In this document: piece by piece, positions 51,281 to 63,812 of the stretch
Layout of the letters: the number at the start of each line of letters is the position of its first letter
How positions within the stretch are numbered: position 1 is the stretch's first letter
From: Octopus bimaculoides
Taxonomy: Eukaryota
DNA: 63,812 bases
NCBI RefSeq assembly: GCF_001194135.2
Contig: NC_068983.1
Span: 55,502,423 to 55,566,234, forward strand
Direction of reading: 5' to 3'
Notes under the pieces: generated by a model
What the model saw: only the letters and a program-made list of their open reading frames with translations
What the model was told of the DNA's origin: nothing
Database searches by the model: none
Made by a program: the position numbers and the translations under genes

Positions 51281-52752
51281 CACACACACACATACATACT
51301 GATATATATATATATATATATATNNNNNNNNNNNNNNNNNNNNNNNNNNNNNNNNNNNNNNNNNNNNNNNNNNNNNNNNNNNNNNNNNNNNNNNNNNNNN
51401 NNNNNNNNNNNNNNNNNNNNNNNNNNNNNNNNNNNNNNNNNNNNNNNNNNNNNNNNNNNNNNNNNNNNNNNNNNNNNNNNNNNNNNNNNNNNNNNNNNNN
51501 NNNNNNNNNNNNNNNNNNNNNNNNNNNNNNNNNNNNNNNNNNNNNNNNNNNNNNNNNNNNNNNNNNNNNNNNNNNNNNNNNNNNNNNNNNNNNNNNNNNN
51601 NNNNNNNNNNNNNNNNNNNNNNNNNNNNNNNNNTATATATTTGTATGCACACAAAAGGTAAATCAGAAGTGCTGAAATATATCTACATACTTAAAAAAGC
51701 CTAACTGTGGGAGAAATAAAGTAGACTACAAACAGAACTATTCTTAATAAGGTATTGCAAATACAATATTTTTAGCCTTTAAAATCGTTTATTTAGGTTT
51801 GACATAATTTTGACTTAATAATCTGTCATATATTTTTACATAGCATTAAGGTCTGTGGAAAATATCCAGACCAAAACAGAATCTTTATTTGATGATTGTG
51901 AGGTAAATTCTTCAATATTTTGGCACAGTGTTTTGGCACAATCATTTCGTTGGCACAACGCCTGTCTGGAATGTATAATCAGCTGCATAAAGGGAAGATA
52001 AAATATCGAATGTTGACACTTCCATAATTTATAGGCAATCTCCGTCGTATATTTTATTTCATATTAGCTATCTATGGTGACAAGAAGAAAATATCCTGAT
52101 TCGATCAGAGAGAAAACATTTTGAAACAGGTTAAAGAAATTTTCTTTAAACAAAACGAAATATTTATTTTTCCTCTCATCCCCCACTACATATATATGTG
52201 TGTGTGTATGTCTATGTGTCTGTGTGTTGTGTGTGCGACTGTGTGCTCGTATCCATGTATGTATATATAATATATTATATGAAATTATACACACGCACAC
52301 TATCGAGAGCTTCGTTTGACAAAAGATTTTTATAAAATATATAATTTTTGTTAAAAAAACTTACGGGTTGGTTTTTTAATAAAACCTTTGAAACTTTACG
52401 TAATAAAAGGCCCAAATTACAATTCAATTCTTTTCTGAGATTAAGTTCCTGAAGCTCGTCTACTTTATAACTTATATTTAAATATTGAAATATTTAAAGC
52501 TGTTAAGTGTTCAGTATAAGAATACGGTCGTTGTGTCCTTGATTAAGCCTGGAAGAGATGACTTTTGTTTCATATACGAATACATAATGAACATACTTAA
52601 TAAACTGCTTTTGTGTGCACAGCTTGTTCAAGTAGTCTCATTCACTTATGGATTACGATGTTTTCATGCTAGAGGTAACTAAATTTTGTGGGATTTACTT
52701 TTGTGGGGTCTATTTTACTGTAGCAGTCGTATGTTGGAAATGCTTATAAGGA

Positions 52753-53145
52753 CTCTTTTACTCTTTTACTTGTTTCAGTCATTTCACTGTGGCCATGCTG
52801 GAGCACTGCCTTTAGTCGAGCAAATCGAGCCCAGGACTTATTCTTTGTAAGCCTGGTACTTATTCTATCGGACTCTTTTGCCGAACCACTAAGTTACGGA
52901 GACGTAAACACACCAGCATCGGTTGTCAAGCGATGTTGCAGGGACAAAGACAGACACACAAGCATATACACACACATACATATATATATATATACATACA
53001 TATATACAACTGGCTTCTTTCAGTTTTCATCTACCAAATCCACTCAAAAAGCTTTGGTCGGCCTGAGGCTATAGTAGAAGACACTTGCCCAAGGTGCCAC
53101 GCAATGGGACTAACCCGAAACTAGGTGGTTCGTTAGCAAGCTGTC
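52753..53145 (-). mobile_element. SINE family A, near full length
   Basis: Reverse-complement match over head, internal microsatellite and tail. Confidence 0.92.
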
Positions 53146-53530
53146 TCAACATTAAGACAAAAGATGGTACAAACTATATAAAGATGTAGGAGTATCTTTT
53201 GAATGGTATGAGGTTATAAGTAATTAAATACTTTTAATTATTGTTTACATCGGCATTGTTGAACAACGCAGGAACGCATACGTCCTACAACACGATAACG
53301 TCATTCAGAACCCCAAAATTGTGTTTTCTCGTACGTCTAAATGGGGGGATTTGTTGTTTACATTACAATCTCCACAGCGTAAAGTCTTAACACATTCGAA
53401 TACACTCGAACGTGCCAAATATGACTTTACAAGAAAGCCTTTTCTTCGACGTTGTCTCGTGTGAGATTATGTATACATACATTCATTCATACATACATGC
53501 ATACATACATACATACATATATATATATGC

Positions 53531-53599
<69 letters not shown>

Positions 53600-53602
53600 T
53601 AT

Positions 53603-53643
<41 letters not shown>

Positions 53644-53810
53644 CATCTATGTATGTATGTGTGTAAACGAAACTTGAAAAAGTCAGACATATCCGTATCA
53701 CCGTGATGTTGAACTTTGAGAAATACACTTAGTCTTACTAACCCCAGGGTTGAAGAGCTTGTTGATCTCAACCAATGTGTGCGATGACTGTTTTTAATGC
53801 CGCAGCATGG

Positions 53811-54423
53811 TTTTCAGATTTTTTTTATATGCTAGGCCACTGGTTTTCAATTGATGTTAATTAAATTAATATTCAATTTATCATCCTCGGTATATAAATA
53901 TAAATTTGAATAATTATGTTCTCTAACTGGCAACATCCACTGCAGTGAATTATCTTCTGCAGAAGTGTTTCCGGAATTTAACGCACTAGAGCTGAAACAT
54001 TTGAAAATAACCCCAATGTAATCGGTAGAACTGTATGCACGTCAAACTTTATGAAGACAATTCGTGTATAGTTCTGCAAATTATATTGAATTAAACGGTC
54101 GTACTGGCGAACCACCGACGTTTTTACGTAAGTAAAAGGTTGATGGCGAAACCGGTATACGATTAATTCTTTATTTTGTATATTTTCATTTGTCTTGCCC
54201 GCTTATGTTCTGGTGTTTGCTGAATTTTTTCTAGAGAACATAATTTTCTTTGTGGTTAGATCGTAGCTGATCTCTTTCTAGCATATCGGATGTCCACTTA
54301 GTGGTCATCCCTTCTTATACGCATATAATACAATTTTTCTGAATTTTCAGACTTTTTTTATATGCTAGGTCACTGGCTTTAGATTGATATTAATTAAATT
54401 AATATTCAATTGATCACCCTCAG
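53811..54423 (+). repeat. About 80-bp direct repeats (53811-53889; 54344-54423)
   Basis: ttttcaga.tttttttatatgctagg.cactgg...ttaattaaattaatattcaatt.atca.cctc occurs twice. Confidence 0.88.
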
Positions 54424-54431
54424 CATGTTGC

Positions 54432-54810
54432 TGGCACTCCGTCGCTTACGACATCGAGGGTTCTAGTTGATCCGATCAACGGAACAGCCTGCTCGTGGAA
54501 TTAACGTGCATGTGGCTGAGCACTCCACGGACACGTGTACCCTTAACGTAGTTCTCGGGGATATTCAGCGTTACACAGTGTGACAAGGCTGACCCTTTGA
54601 ATTACAGGCACAACAGAAACAGGAAGTAAGAGTGAGAGAAAGTTGTGGTGAAAGAGTACAGCAGGGTTCGCCACCACCCCTTGCCGGAGCCTCGTGGAGC
54701 TTTAGTTGTTTTCGCTCAATAAACACTCACAACGCCCGATCTGGGAATCAAAACCGCGATCCTATGACCGCGAGTCCGCTGCCCTAACCACTGGGCCATT
54801 GCACCTCCAC
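54432..54810 (-). mobile_element. SINE family E, full length
   Basis: tRNA head (tggcccagtggttagggcagcggactcgcgg...ttgattcccaga) plus about 300-bp body. Confidence 0.93.
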
Positions 54811-55723
54811 CACCCTCAGCATATAAATATATATACATACATGTACAGAGAGAGTGAGTGAGAGAGAGAGAGAGAGAGAGAAAGAAAGAAAGAAAGAGAG
54901 AGAGTTTTAGCAATCCATTTATTTCTACTTTATCAAACTATAAAAGAAAAGTCTCTCTTTTCCAATGTGGACGTTATATACATTATTATTTCCTGTGGAA
55001 TTATTGGTGAAGGAAAAAGCAAAAGAGTTGAATGAAAGAAATCAGGGACATCTTCATATTTCAGGGAATGAATGTGTGAAGTTATTTTATTCCGATATTA
55101 TCGTCAATCATACACACTGTACGAACGTAGTGGAATAACCTCGACAGAGCTAAACTATCAATGAACGATACCATGTATGATGGGAAGGGAAGTGAGGGGG
55201 GGTCGTATGTCCTCCCCTGAGGATATGTGTATGTATGTGTATGTGTCCATGTGTTTCTGTTAAGAGCTTGTGGCTATAGTAGAATGTATGAGAAAGATCA
55301 AGTGAAAGGGAGACAGAGAGAGAGAGAGGGAGAGAGAGAGAGGGAGAGGGAGAGATTGTGTGTGTGTGTGTGTGCGTGTGTATACGTGTGCGTGTCCGTA
55401 ATTATGTATGTTTGTGTATATATGTGTTTACCTATTTCTGTTAATAGCTAATGTGTAGGTGTAAGAGAGAGAGAGAGAGTGAGTGTATGTGTGTTTGTAT
55501 GCATGACTGTGTATGTGTTTGTGTGTCCATGTATACGTGTTTGTTTCTGTGTATATATTTATATGTATGTGTGTCTATGTATTCCTGTTAAGGAGTGTTT
55601 GAATGTGTGTGTCTGTGAGTGTGAAGAGAGGAGAGAGAAAGAGACAATAAGAGAGATAGAGAGAGAGAGAATAAGAGAGAATGTCATGTATGTGTGTATG
55701 TGTGTGCGTGTGTATGTGTGTCC

Positions 55724-55757
<34 letters not shown>

Positions 55758-56932
55758 GTGTGATAATAGCAAATGGCTATGATGTGTTTTCATACTTGTG
55801 TGTGTGTATATGTATGCGATAGTTTATAATGAATGACGAAGAAAAACGAAGAAGAAAGGGGAGGTTATTAACAGATTGCTGCCTAAGCATCTCCGAACGG
55901 CATAGAAAGCGTGGGGAGAGGATAATTCGTGGTTTTCAATAGGATTCGCCTCTTAACATCCGACTCATTAATGTCTCCTTTGGGGAATTCAGCTTCGGAA
56001 ATGCATCGAAATGTGAAAATGCGAAAAGGGGAGATAATTAAATAAGCAAAACGAATAGAGGGAAAAGAGAAATGAATAATGGAATATCATCAGCGCCATT
56101 GTGGTGGTCGTCGTCGTCGTCGTNNNNNNNNNNNNNNNNNNNNNNNNNNNNNNNNNNNNNNNNNNNNNNNNNNNNNNNNNNNNNNNNNNNNNNNNNNNNN
56201 NNNNNNNNNNNNNNNNNNNNNNNNNNNNNNNNNNNNNNNNNNNNNNNNNNNNNNNNNNNNNNNNNNNNNNNNNNNNNNNNNNNNNNNNNNNNNNNNNNNN
56301 NNNNNNNNNNNNNNNNNNNNNNNNNNNNNNNNNNNNNNNNNNNNNNNNNNNNNNNNNNNNNNNNNNNNNNNNNNNNNNNNNNNNNNNNNNNNNNNNNNNN
56401 NNNNNNNNNNNNNNNNNNNNNNNNNNNNNNNNNNNNNNNNNNNNNNNNNNNNNNNNNNNNNNNNNNNNNNNNNNNNNNNNNNNNNNNNNNNNNNNNNNNN
56501 NNNNNNNNNNNNNNNNNNNNNNNNNNNNNNNNNNNNNNNNNNNNNNNNNNNNNNNNNNNNNNNNNNNNNNNNNNNNNNNNNNNNNNNNNNNNNNNNNNNN
56601 NNNNNNNNNNNNNNNNNNNNNNNNNNNNNNNNNNNNNNNNNNNNNNNNNNNNNNNNNNNNNNNNNNNNNNNNNNNNNNNNNNNNNNNNNNNNNNNNNNNN
56701 NNNNNNNNNNNNNNNNNNNNNNNNNNNNNNNNNNNNNNNNNNNNNNNNNNNNNNNNNNNNNNNNNNNNNNNNNNNNNNNNTCATTAACTCATTGATGGTG
56801 ATGTTGACGCTGAAGAATTCCTCATTTTGCCATTATATATAAAATCTCTTTTGCTGCGTACTGCCTTTCTTCTTCCTCCTCAACCTGCTACTCATCCACC
56901 TCATTTAGTCCTTCAGCCTCCCTCCCCCCACA

Positions 56933-56984
<52 letters not shown>

Positions 56985-57039
56985 CACTCTCACTTTCTTT
57001 GTCTTCCTTTCTCTCTCGATCTCTCCCTGCCTCTCTCTC

Positions 57040-57482
57040 TCTACGTCTCTCTACGGCTCTCTCTCTACGTCTCTCTCTCTCCCTCTACGTCTCTCTCTCT
57101 CTCTACGTCTCTCTACGTCTCTCTCTCCCTCTACGTCTCTCTCTCCCTCTACGTCTCTCTCTCCCTCTACGTCTCTCTCTCCCTCTACGTCTCTCTCTCT
57201 ACGTCTCTCTCTACCTCTACGTCTCTCTCTCCCTCTACGTCTCTCTCTCCCTCTACGTCTCTCTCTCTCTACGTCTCTCTACGTCTCTCNNNNNNNNNNN
57301 NNNNNCTCTCTCTCTCTCTACGTCTCTCTACGTCTCTCTCTCCCTCTACGTCTCTCTCTCCCCTACGTCTCTCTCCCTACGTCTCTCTCTCCCTCTACGT
57401 CTCTCTCTCTCTCTCTACGTCTCTCTCTCCCTCTACGTCTCTCTACGTCTCTCTCTACGTCTCTCTTTCTACGTCTCTCTCT
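57040..57482. repeat. (CT)n-derived minisatellite punctuated by ACGT
   Basis: More than 25 ctacgt units at irregular even spacings, most often 18 nt. Confidence 0.92.
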
Positions 57483-58010
57483 CTCTCTCCTTGACTCTCT
57501 TTGACTCTCTTTCTTTCTTTCTTTTTGTCTCTCTATCTCCGTAACTCTTTCTCCCTGTCTCTCTCTCCCTTACTCTCGCTCTCCATAACTCTCTCTTTCT
57601 CTCTCTCCCTTTCTCCAAGTCTCTCTCCTTTTCGTTCTTCCTCTCTCTCTCTCTTCCCTGTCTCTCTCTCCAAATCTCTTTCTCTCCTTTTCTCTTTCTC
57701 CATATCTTTTCCTAACTTCTTTTTCCTGTCCTCCCTTCCCTATCTCTCTCTTTCTCTGTCTCTTTCTTCCTCCCCCCCTCTCTCTCTCTCTCTCCAGTCT
57801 CTACCTTCCTTGACTTTCTCTTCTCTGTCTCTCTTCCCTACCTCTCTCTTCCCGCTCTCTCTTTCTTCCCGCTCTCTCTTTCTCTGTCACTCATGTTTCT
57901 GTCTCTCGCTGTCTCTTCTCTATCGCTCTCTCTCTCTCTCTCTCTCTATCTATATACCTATCTCTCCCCATCTCTCTTTCTTCCTCTCTCTCTCTTTCTC
58001 TCCCATTAAC
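57483..58010. repeat. Degenerate CT-rich tract
   Basis: Direct reading. Confidence 0.9.
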
Positions 58011-58992
58011 TCTATTCCATATTCAATCTCAATCTCGTTAATGAATTTCCATGGAAGCCAAACCCGTGACCTGGTTCTCATTTCTGATGGAATCTAATTC
58101 ACTTCAATTGTGTCGATAATAGTCATGGAAAGAAAAGGTATGAGCGCCCAAACAACCTTCTACCACCTCCGCCTCAAAATCTATGCTATTACGCTTCACT
58201 AACAAATTGCCATTGAACTTCCCATCCTCGTCTCTATTCTTTATCGATGTTTGCCTTTCATGAATCTCTACACAACAGAAATACCGCCAAACTGTCAAAC
58301 TCTATCGTAACCTTTAATACTAATCACGGATTCTTCACATTGGCAAGGCTGCACCATAAAATCTAGATTTCTTCTCAGGGGTCGGTTAGCAGTTGGCCTT
58401 TTGTAAAGCCACAAATATATAAATTCATGTGAATGCTCTTTGAACGTTCCATGCTGGCGCTGACGTACACATCCATGCACGCGCATATATATACGAACTT
58501 ATGCGCATGCGCACTGCATACATGTATTCGTTTGAGAATTGTTAACAGAAGGCAAAAGAGAAAAACAGTTCGTTTGCTCTTTTTGCGAACGGCGAAAATC
58601 GATGGCTTATGATTTTAATGAAGATATAAATTGTATCANNNNNNNNNNNNNNNNNNNNNNNNNNNNNNNNNNNNNNNNNNNNNNNNNNNNNNNNNNNNNN
58701 NNNNNNNNNNNNNNNNNNNNNNNNNNNNNNNNNNNNNNNNNNNNNNNNNNNNNNNNNNNNNNNNNNNNNNNNNNNNNNNNNNNNNNNNNNNNNNNNNNNN
58801 NNNNNNNNNNNNNNNNNNNNNNNNNNNNNNNNNNNNNNNNNNNNNNNNNNNNNNNNNNNNNNNNNNNNNNNNNNNNNNNNNNNNNNNNNNNNNNNNNNNN
58901 NNNNNNNNNNNNNNNNNNNNNNNNNNNNNNNNNNNNNNNNNNNNNNNNNNNNNNNNNNNNNNNNNNNNNNNNNNNNNNNNNNNNNNNTATAT

Positions 58993-59290
58993 AAGTGAAG
59001 GTGCATGGCTTAATGGCTACGGTGTGGCATTCACGATTGCGTGATCATGGGTTCGATTCCCAGACCGGGCGTTGCGTTGTGTTCTTGAGCAGAGCACTTC
59101 ATTTCACGTTGCTCTGCGATCATTTCGTCATCTGACTTGTGGAACACGGTGCACCTGTACAGGTAATGGCGATTTGATTGAGGGAGTGAGTACACAAACA
59201 TTTGATCGCTATAACCAAATCATCTGTGTGGTTGTACGCCAAGAAAATGCCGAACCGTCATACGTCGTCTAACGATGGGAGAGTCCATGA
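58993..59290 (+). mobile_element. SINE family C, near full length
   Basis: tggcttaatggc A box, gggttcgattcccagaccgggc B box, gtgttcttgagcag CORE-like segment. Confidence 0.85.
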
Positions 59291-60149
59291 TATGTATATA
59301 TATAATATATATGTGTGTGTGTATGTGTGTGTGTGTCTGTGTATCAAATGGATGTCTTATAAAACTTTTCCACACATACAATAACAGTCATACCAACAAT
59401 CCAACATACCTCCATCATCAGCTGCCCCACAGATATCATTGTGGTTTTGACACCTGGGCAGTACCATTCAATCCGGCGGTGTCAACAGCACTAAAATAAG
59501 TGTTGTTTGGGGACAAACATACCTTAGATAGCACCACATTCATTCAATCTTAATTCTAGGAAGGATTAAACACTAACATTATAAATTAAACTACAACAAA
59601 GAAACACATTTACCTTATGTACAAAAACAGCATCGGTAAATAAATTCAAGAAGTAAACCTATAACTAACTCCTAAATTATCCAACTAAATAGCAACCTAT
59701 CCTTTGAAGTCTATACAGATAATATTCCCACCAGTCTTCCATAGTTATTAATATAAAAGTGAAAGATTTTATATGCTATTCTTTCCAAAGCAAGACAAAC
59801 TAGATTGAACTTAACTTAACTAATAATATAACTAATTCTGAGTGAATTACACTATTTCATAACCCAAAAGTTAATTAAAACACTCTATGCGTATTAGATA
59901 TTTTTATCCTTACATGCTTTAATGTTAGAATTATACCGGTAATTTAATAGATATTGCTAAAATATCCTTATTAAATCGGAAACTAATAAGTGAATACCTG
60001 TAATTAACAATTATTATTAAAAACCTTGTTACGATTAAAACTAAATATATAGCTGTTTAAAAGATAAAATAAAGTGTAAAGGATTACCAATTATATGTTA
60101 TCTGGACACACGAGGTTCAGTCAACTATTTTCTCAAAAGACCGTCTTAA

Positions 60150-60166
60150 CTCTGTGTGTGTGTGTG

Positions 60167-60198
<32 letters not shown>

Positions 60199-60225
60199 TG
60201 TATGTATGTATGTATGTATGTATGT

Positions 60226-60271
<46 letters not shown>

Positions 60272-60323
60272 TGATGGATGGATGGATGGATGGATGGATG
60301 GATGGATGGATGGATGGATAGAT
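60150..60323. repeat. (TG)(TATG)n(TAGA)n(TGGA)n compound microsatellite
   Basis: Direct reading. Confidence 0.95.
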
Positions 60324-60515
60324 AACGATTTTGTTAAGGTAAGATCAACAAAAAACAATACTCCATCAAGTGAGAGATAAATATTTATATACGCAGAATA
60401 AAGATACGAACAACTAATAGTTTCTTCCTTCAGAGACAGGTCAATGCCGGTTTTTATTACACTCCTTCTGTCTCCAAGCAATCATCGGGCTCTGAACACA
60501 TGGCCTATTCTATAT

Positions 60516-60609
<94 letters not shown>

Positions 60610-61219
60610 AGATGTATATGTATATATATATATACATATATACATATATAAATGTGTGTGTGTGTGTGTATGTATAACGTGATTAAAAGGTCGTATTGGT
60701 ATTGATATAAAATGGCCAACAACCGCGGTCAGTTGTGTTTCTTAATGTCGGTCTTTACGTCCTTCACCTCACACTTCTTCAACATATTCTTCTTCCACTT
60801 CATTGCACACGTTAACTTCCCCGACACCTGTTCCCACCCAGCACTTTTATTACTGCGGCTCAGGGATTCCAGGAAAGCCAGGCTACGGCCCAGCTGTTCT
60901 CGACGCCAGAAGCCTGGTTTACTTGTGTTGTTGAACTATGCCCAGACAACTGAACAGGGTTACCTTTACAGTGTACCAGTTTTAGGTCCATGAATATTCT
61001 CTGTTCTTTTCATAATGACATGTTTCTGAAATACATGAAACGACACGCATGTATTATATCGTATTTATAAAATTAGAAGCAAAGATAATATAAAATATAT
61101 ATAAAGCAAAATTAGTACAAAAGAAAAGATAAAAAAATTTACGTACCAAAATCACCTTGTACTCCTCGACAGCTACATACATACCTAAATACATGCATAC
61201 ATACATATATACATATAGA

Positions 61220-61634
61220 TACATACATATATATATATATATATGTATGTATGCATGTATGTGTGTGTATGCATACATATATACATATATAGTTGGAATT
61301 TACAAAAAACAAACAAAACATAAGACGAAGACGGGTGTGTAAACAACAAACAGATGTATCAGTTTAACGCTCGGGAAGTGAGAAAGCTTTTTACGTTTCG
61401 AGCCTACGCTCTTCAACAAAAATGACCACAGAAATAAACAGAGAGGGAAAATAAAAAAAACATGGTTTAGTGGCTAGCGATCAATCATGGTGAATATATA
61501 TATATATATACATACATATATATATATATATATGTATGTATGCATGTATGTGTGTGTATGCATACATATATACATATATAGTTGGAATTTACAAAAAACA
61601 AACAAAACATAAGACGAAGACGGGTGTGTAAACA
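61220..61634 (-). mobile_element. 289-bp tandem unit with hammerhead-like motif, second copy running into a gap
   Basis: 61220-61345 is repeated at 61509-61634; minus-strand ttt TTGTTGA A GAGC gtag GCTC GAAAC GTA aaa at about 61389-61422. Confidence 0.75.
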
Positions 61635-61652
61635 NNNNNNNNNNNNNNNNNN

Positions 61653-61713
<61 letters not shown>

Positions 61714-62121
61714 CAGAGAGAGAGAGCGAGGGAGTGAGAGATGACGCTCAAATAGACCTTATGATTTAATTCCGAGATTGTGAAGAGAAGCGAATTAGGA
61801 CCAACTTATCTAGTTTCATTGATTATTACCAGCTCATCAAGAATATTTCATTTGTTCTACAAAGGCTAGCGAAGCTTGTACGTTGTACTGAAACATGCAA
61901 TGACCGACAGGCACTGGATTCACTCTCTAGCGTTGCAGATTAGCTAAATTACTAAGACAGTAGTATAGATAAATTTGAAAATTATTCAGATATTTACGTT
62001 TGATAAACGAACATTTGGTCTCACAATTTCTAACACATTCAGTGGTTAAAGCACACGTCTCTCTCCTTCTCTCCCTCTCTGACTCTCTTTGTCTCTATCT
62101 CTCTATCTCTCTCTATCCTTT

Positions 62122-62179
<58 letters not shown>

Positions 62180-62470
62180 ACCTCCCTTTCTAACTGACTG
62201 AACAAATACCTCGGCTAGTTTCACCGGTCATTAGCTGCTCGTCAGGCGTTTAATTCAATTTTAGAACTAATGAGTTAAACATACCTGTTGAGTGTTTACT
62301 TGAGACGGAGAGAAACAGAGATTGGTTCGCAGCAACTTATAAAAATGGCATGAGAAACAGCAACTGCTTTTGCGCATTTGCACATCAATATATGCTTTGT
62401 TGGTGACTCGGATTAATTGACTAAAGGGGTATCGAATTTATGTGCAGGTATGCATAGGTATATACACACA

Positions 62471-62567
<97 letters not shown>

Positions 62568-62825
62568 GATGCATGTTCTTGTGAGTATTGCGTTACGTAA
62601 GTGAACAACTACTGAGAATATAATTTTCATAAGCAGTATAATATAACCATAGATTTGTAGGCCACAGATAGTCCTGAAGAATGTTGCAGGTAAGGGGCTG
62701 CTAAACACTAAGATCCTAGATTGGCACTTCTTACATAAAATCAACTGCACGCGCGTGTGCATGTCTGCGGGCGTGGGTGTTGGTGTCTAAGTGTGTGCGA
62801 GTGTGTCTCCCGGCATGTTTATGAT

Positions 62826-63273
62826 TCTTTTTATTCTTTTATATTCTTTTATTTGTTTCAGTCATTTGACTGCGACCATGTTGGAGCACCGCCTTTAGTC
62901 GACCCCAGGACTTATTCTTTGTAAGCCTAGTACTTATTCTACCGGTCTGTTTTGCCGAGCCGCTAAGTTACAGGGACGTAAACACATCAGCATTTGTTGT
63001 CGAGCGATGTTGGAGGGCAAACATAGATACACAAAACATATACATACATATATATATATATAAATATATATACATATTTACATAGATAGATAGATAGATA
63101 GATAGATATACGACGGGCTTCTTTCAGTTTCCGTCTACCAAATCCACTCACAAGGCTTTGGTCGGCCCAAGGCTATAGTAGAAGACACTTGCCCAAGGTG
63201 CCACGCAGTGGGACTGAACCCGGAACCGAGTGGTTGGTAAGCAAGCAACTTACCACATACCCACTCCTGCGCC
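62826..63273 (-). mobile_element. SINE family A, full length
   Basis: Head ggcgcaggagtgggtatgtggtaag...gggttcagtccc; tail with ttctttt repeats. Confidence 0.93.
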
Positions 63274-63504
63274 TATTGCATTTTACATTTACGTTATATT
63301 ACGTTATATTATACAACGGCTAAAATAAACATAATTGGCAACATAGCTCCGTATACTATACACGTTTGAAAATCTAATGTGAATCCAGTAAAGTGTATTT
63401 CTATATTCTAAAATGTAATTAGCTTCTAATAGATTCTTCCATTTGCTTCGATTAATAGCAAGTTATACGTATATAATAAAAAAAAGAGTAAAGACATTCT
63501 TTGG

Positions 63505-63812
63505 CTATTAATGACCTTGGAACTGCACCCAGAAATTTACCCTCCGAGACACAAGTCTGGGCAAGGTTGTTTATGGAAGATCAGCAGTCACCCATGCATG
63601 CCAGCCTCCCCACTCCACGCCACCGATGTTATTCAAGGGAAAGGCAAAATGGGCCGATACATCTTGGGCACCAGTGACGTCGCAACTCATTTCTACAGCT
63701 GAGTGAACTGGAGCAAAATAAAATAAATTGTCTTGCTCAAGAACACAACACACAGCCCGGTCCGGGAATCGAACTCACTACCTCGTGATTTTGAGCCCGA
63801 CACTCTACCACC
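63505..63812 (-). mobile_element. SINE family D (tRNA head + CORE-like), truncated by window end
   Basis: gagttcgattcccggaccgggc, gtgttcttgagcaagac...cactcagctgtagaaatgagt. Confidence 0.85.

Noticed and set aside
54760-54810. tRNA gene
   Set aside because: The tRNA-like head is continuous with a SINE body present in two copies; the same applies to the other A/B-box hits.
56788-56850. EF-hand-like IDGDVDAEEF peptide
   Set aside because: In-frame stop immediately upstream with no acceptor; flank of a GAT-type repeat.
58104-58298. Minus ORF (IKNRDEDGKFNGNLLVKRN...) / possible L2 RT remnant on plus
   Set aside because: Neither reading gave a convincing motif.

Overview
This window is non-coding, AT-rich, repeat-dominated metazoan DNA from a short-read assembly. 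About 28 N-gaps total roughly 8.8 kb, and most abut microsatellites. The SINE repertoire looks like octopus or another coleoid cephalopod (inference from sequence style, not a database hit). I could not support any intact host protein-coding gene; nearly all ORF-track entries are microsatellite or N artefacts. Supported content: more than 30 tRNA-derived SINE copies in five families (my labels A-E); five relics of restriction-like-endonuclease (RLE) non-LTR retrotransposons, four next to (AAT)n tracts; a decayed pogo/Tigger transposase; an APE-endonuclease LINE relic; a TA-flanked Tc1/mariner-type MITE; and several mini/microsatellites. The most interesting signal is a dispersed set of minimal hammerhead-ribozyme (HHR)-like motifs of the Penelope-like-element type (CTGANGA-A-helixII-GAAAC-palindrome-GTH). 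They occur as head-to-head foldbacks (3.6, 11.1, 36.8, 37.3, 43.4 kb), in (TA)n-bounded or TA-adjacent units (35.8, 48.1 kb) and in a 289-bp tandem, retrozyme-like unit (61.2 kb). There is also a perfect 134-bp-arm palindrome at 48.9-49.2 kb. Most individual HHR copies are degenerate; the clearest ribozyme appears in the consensus.
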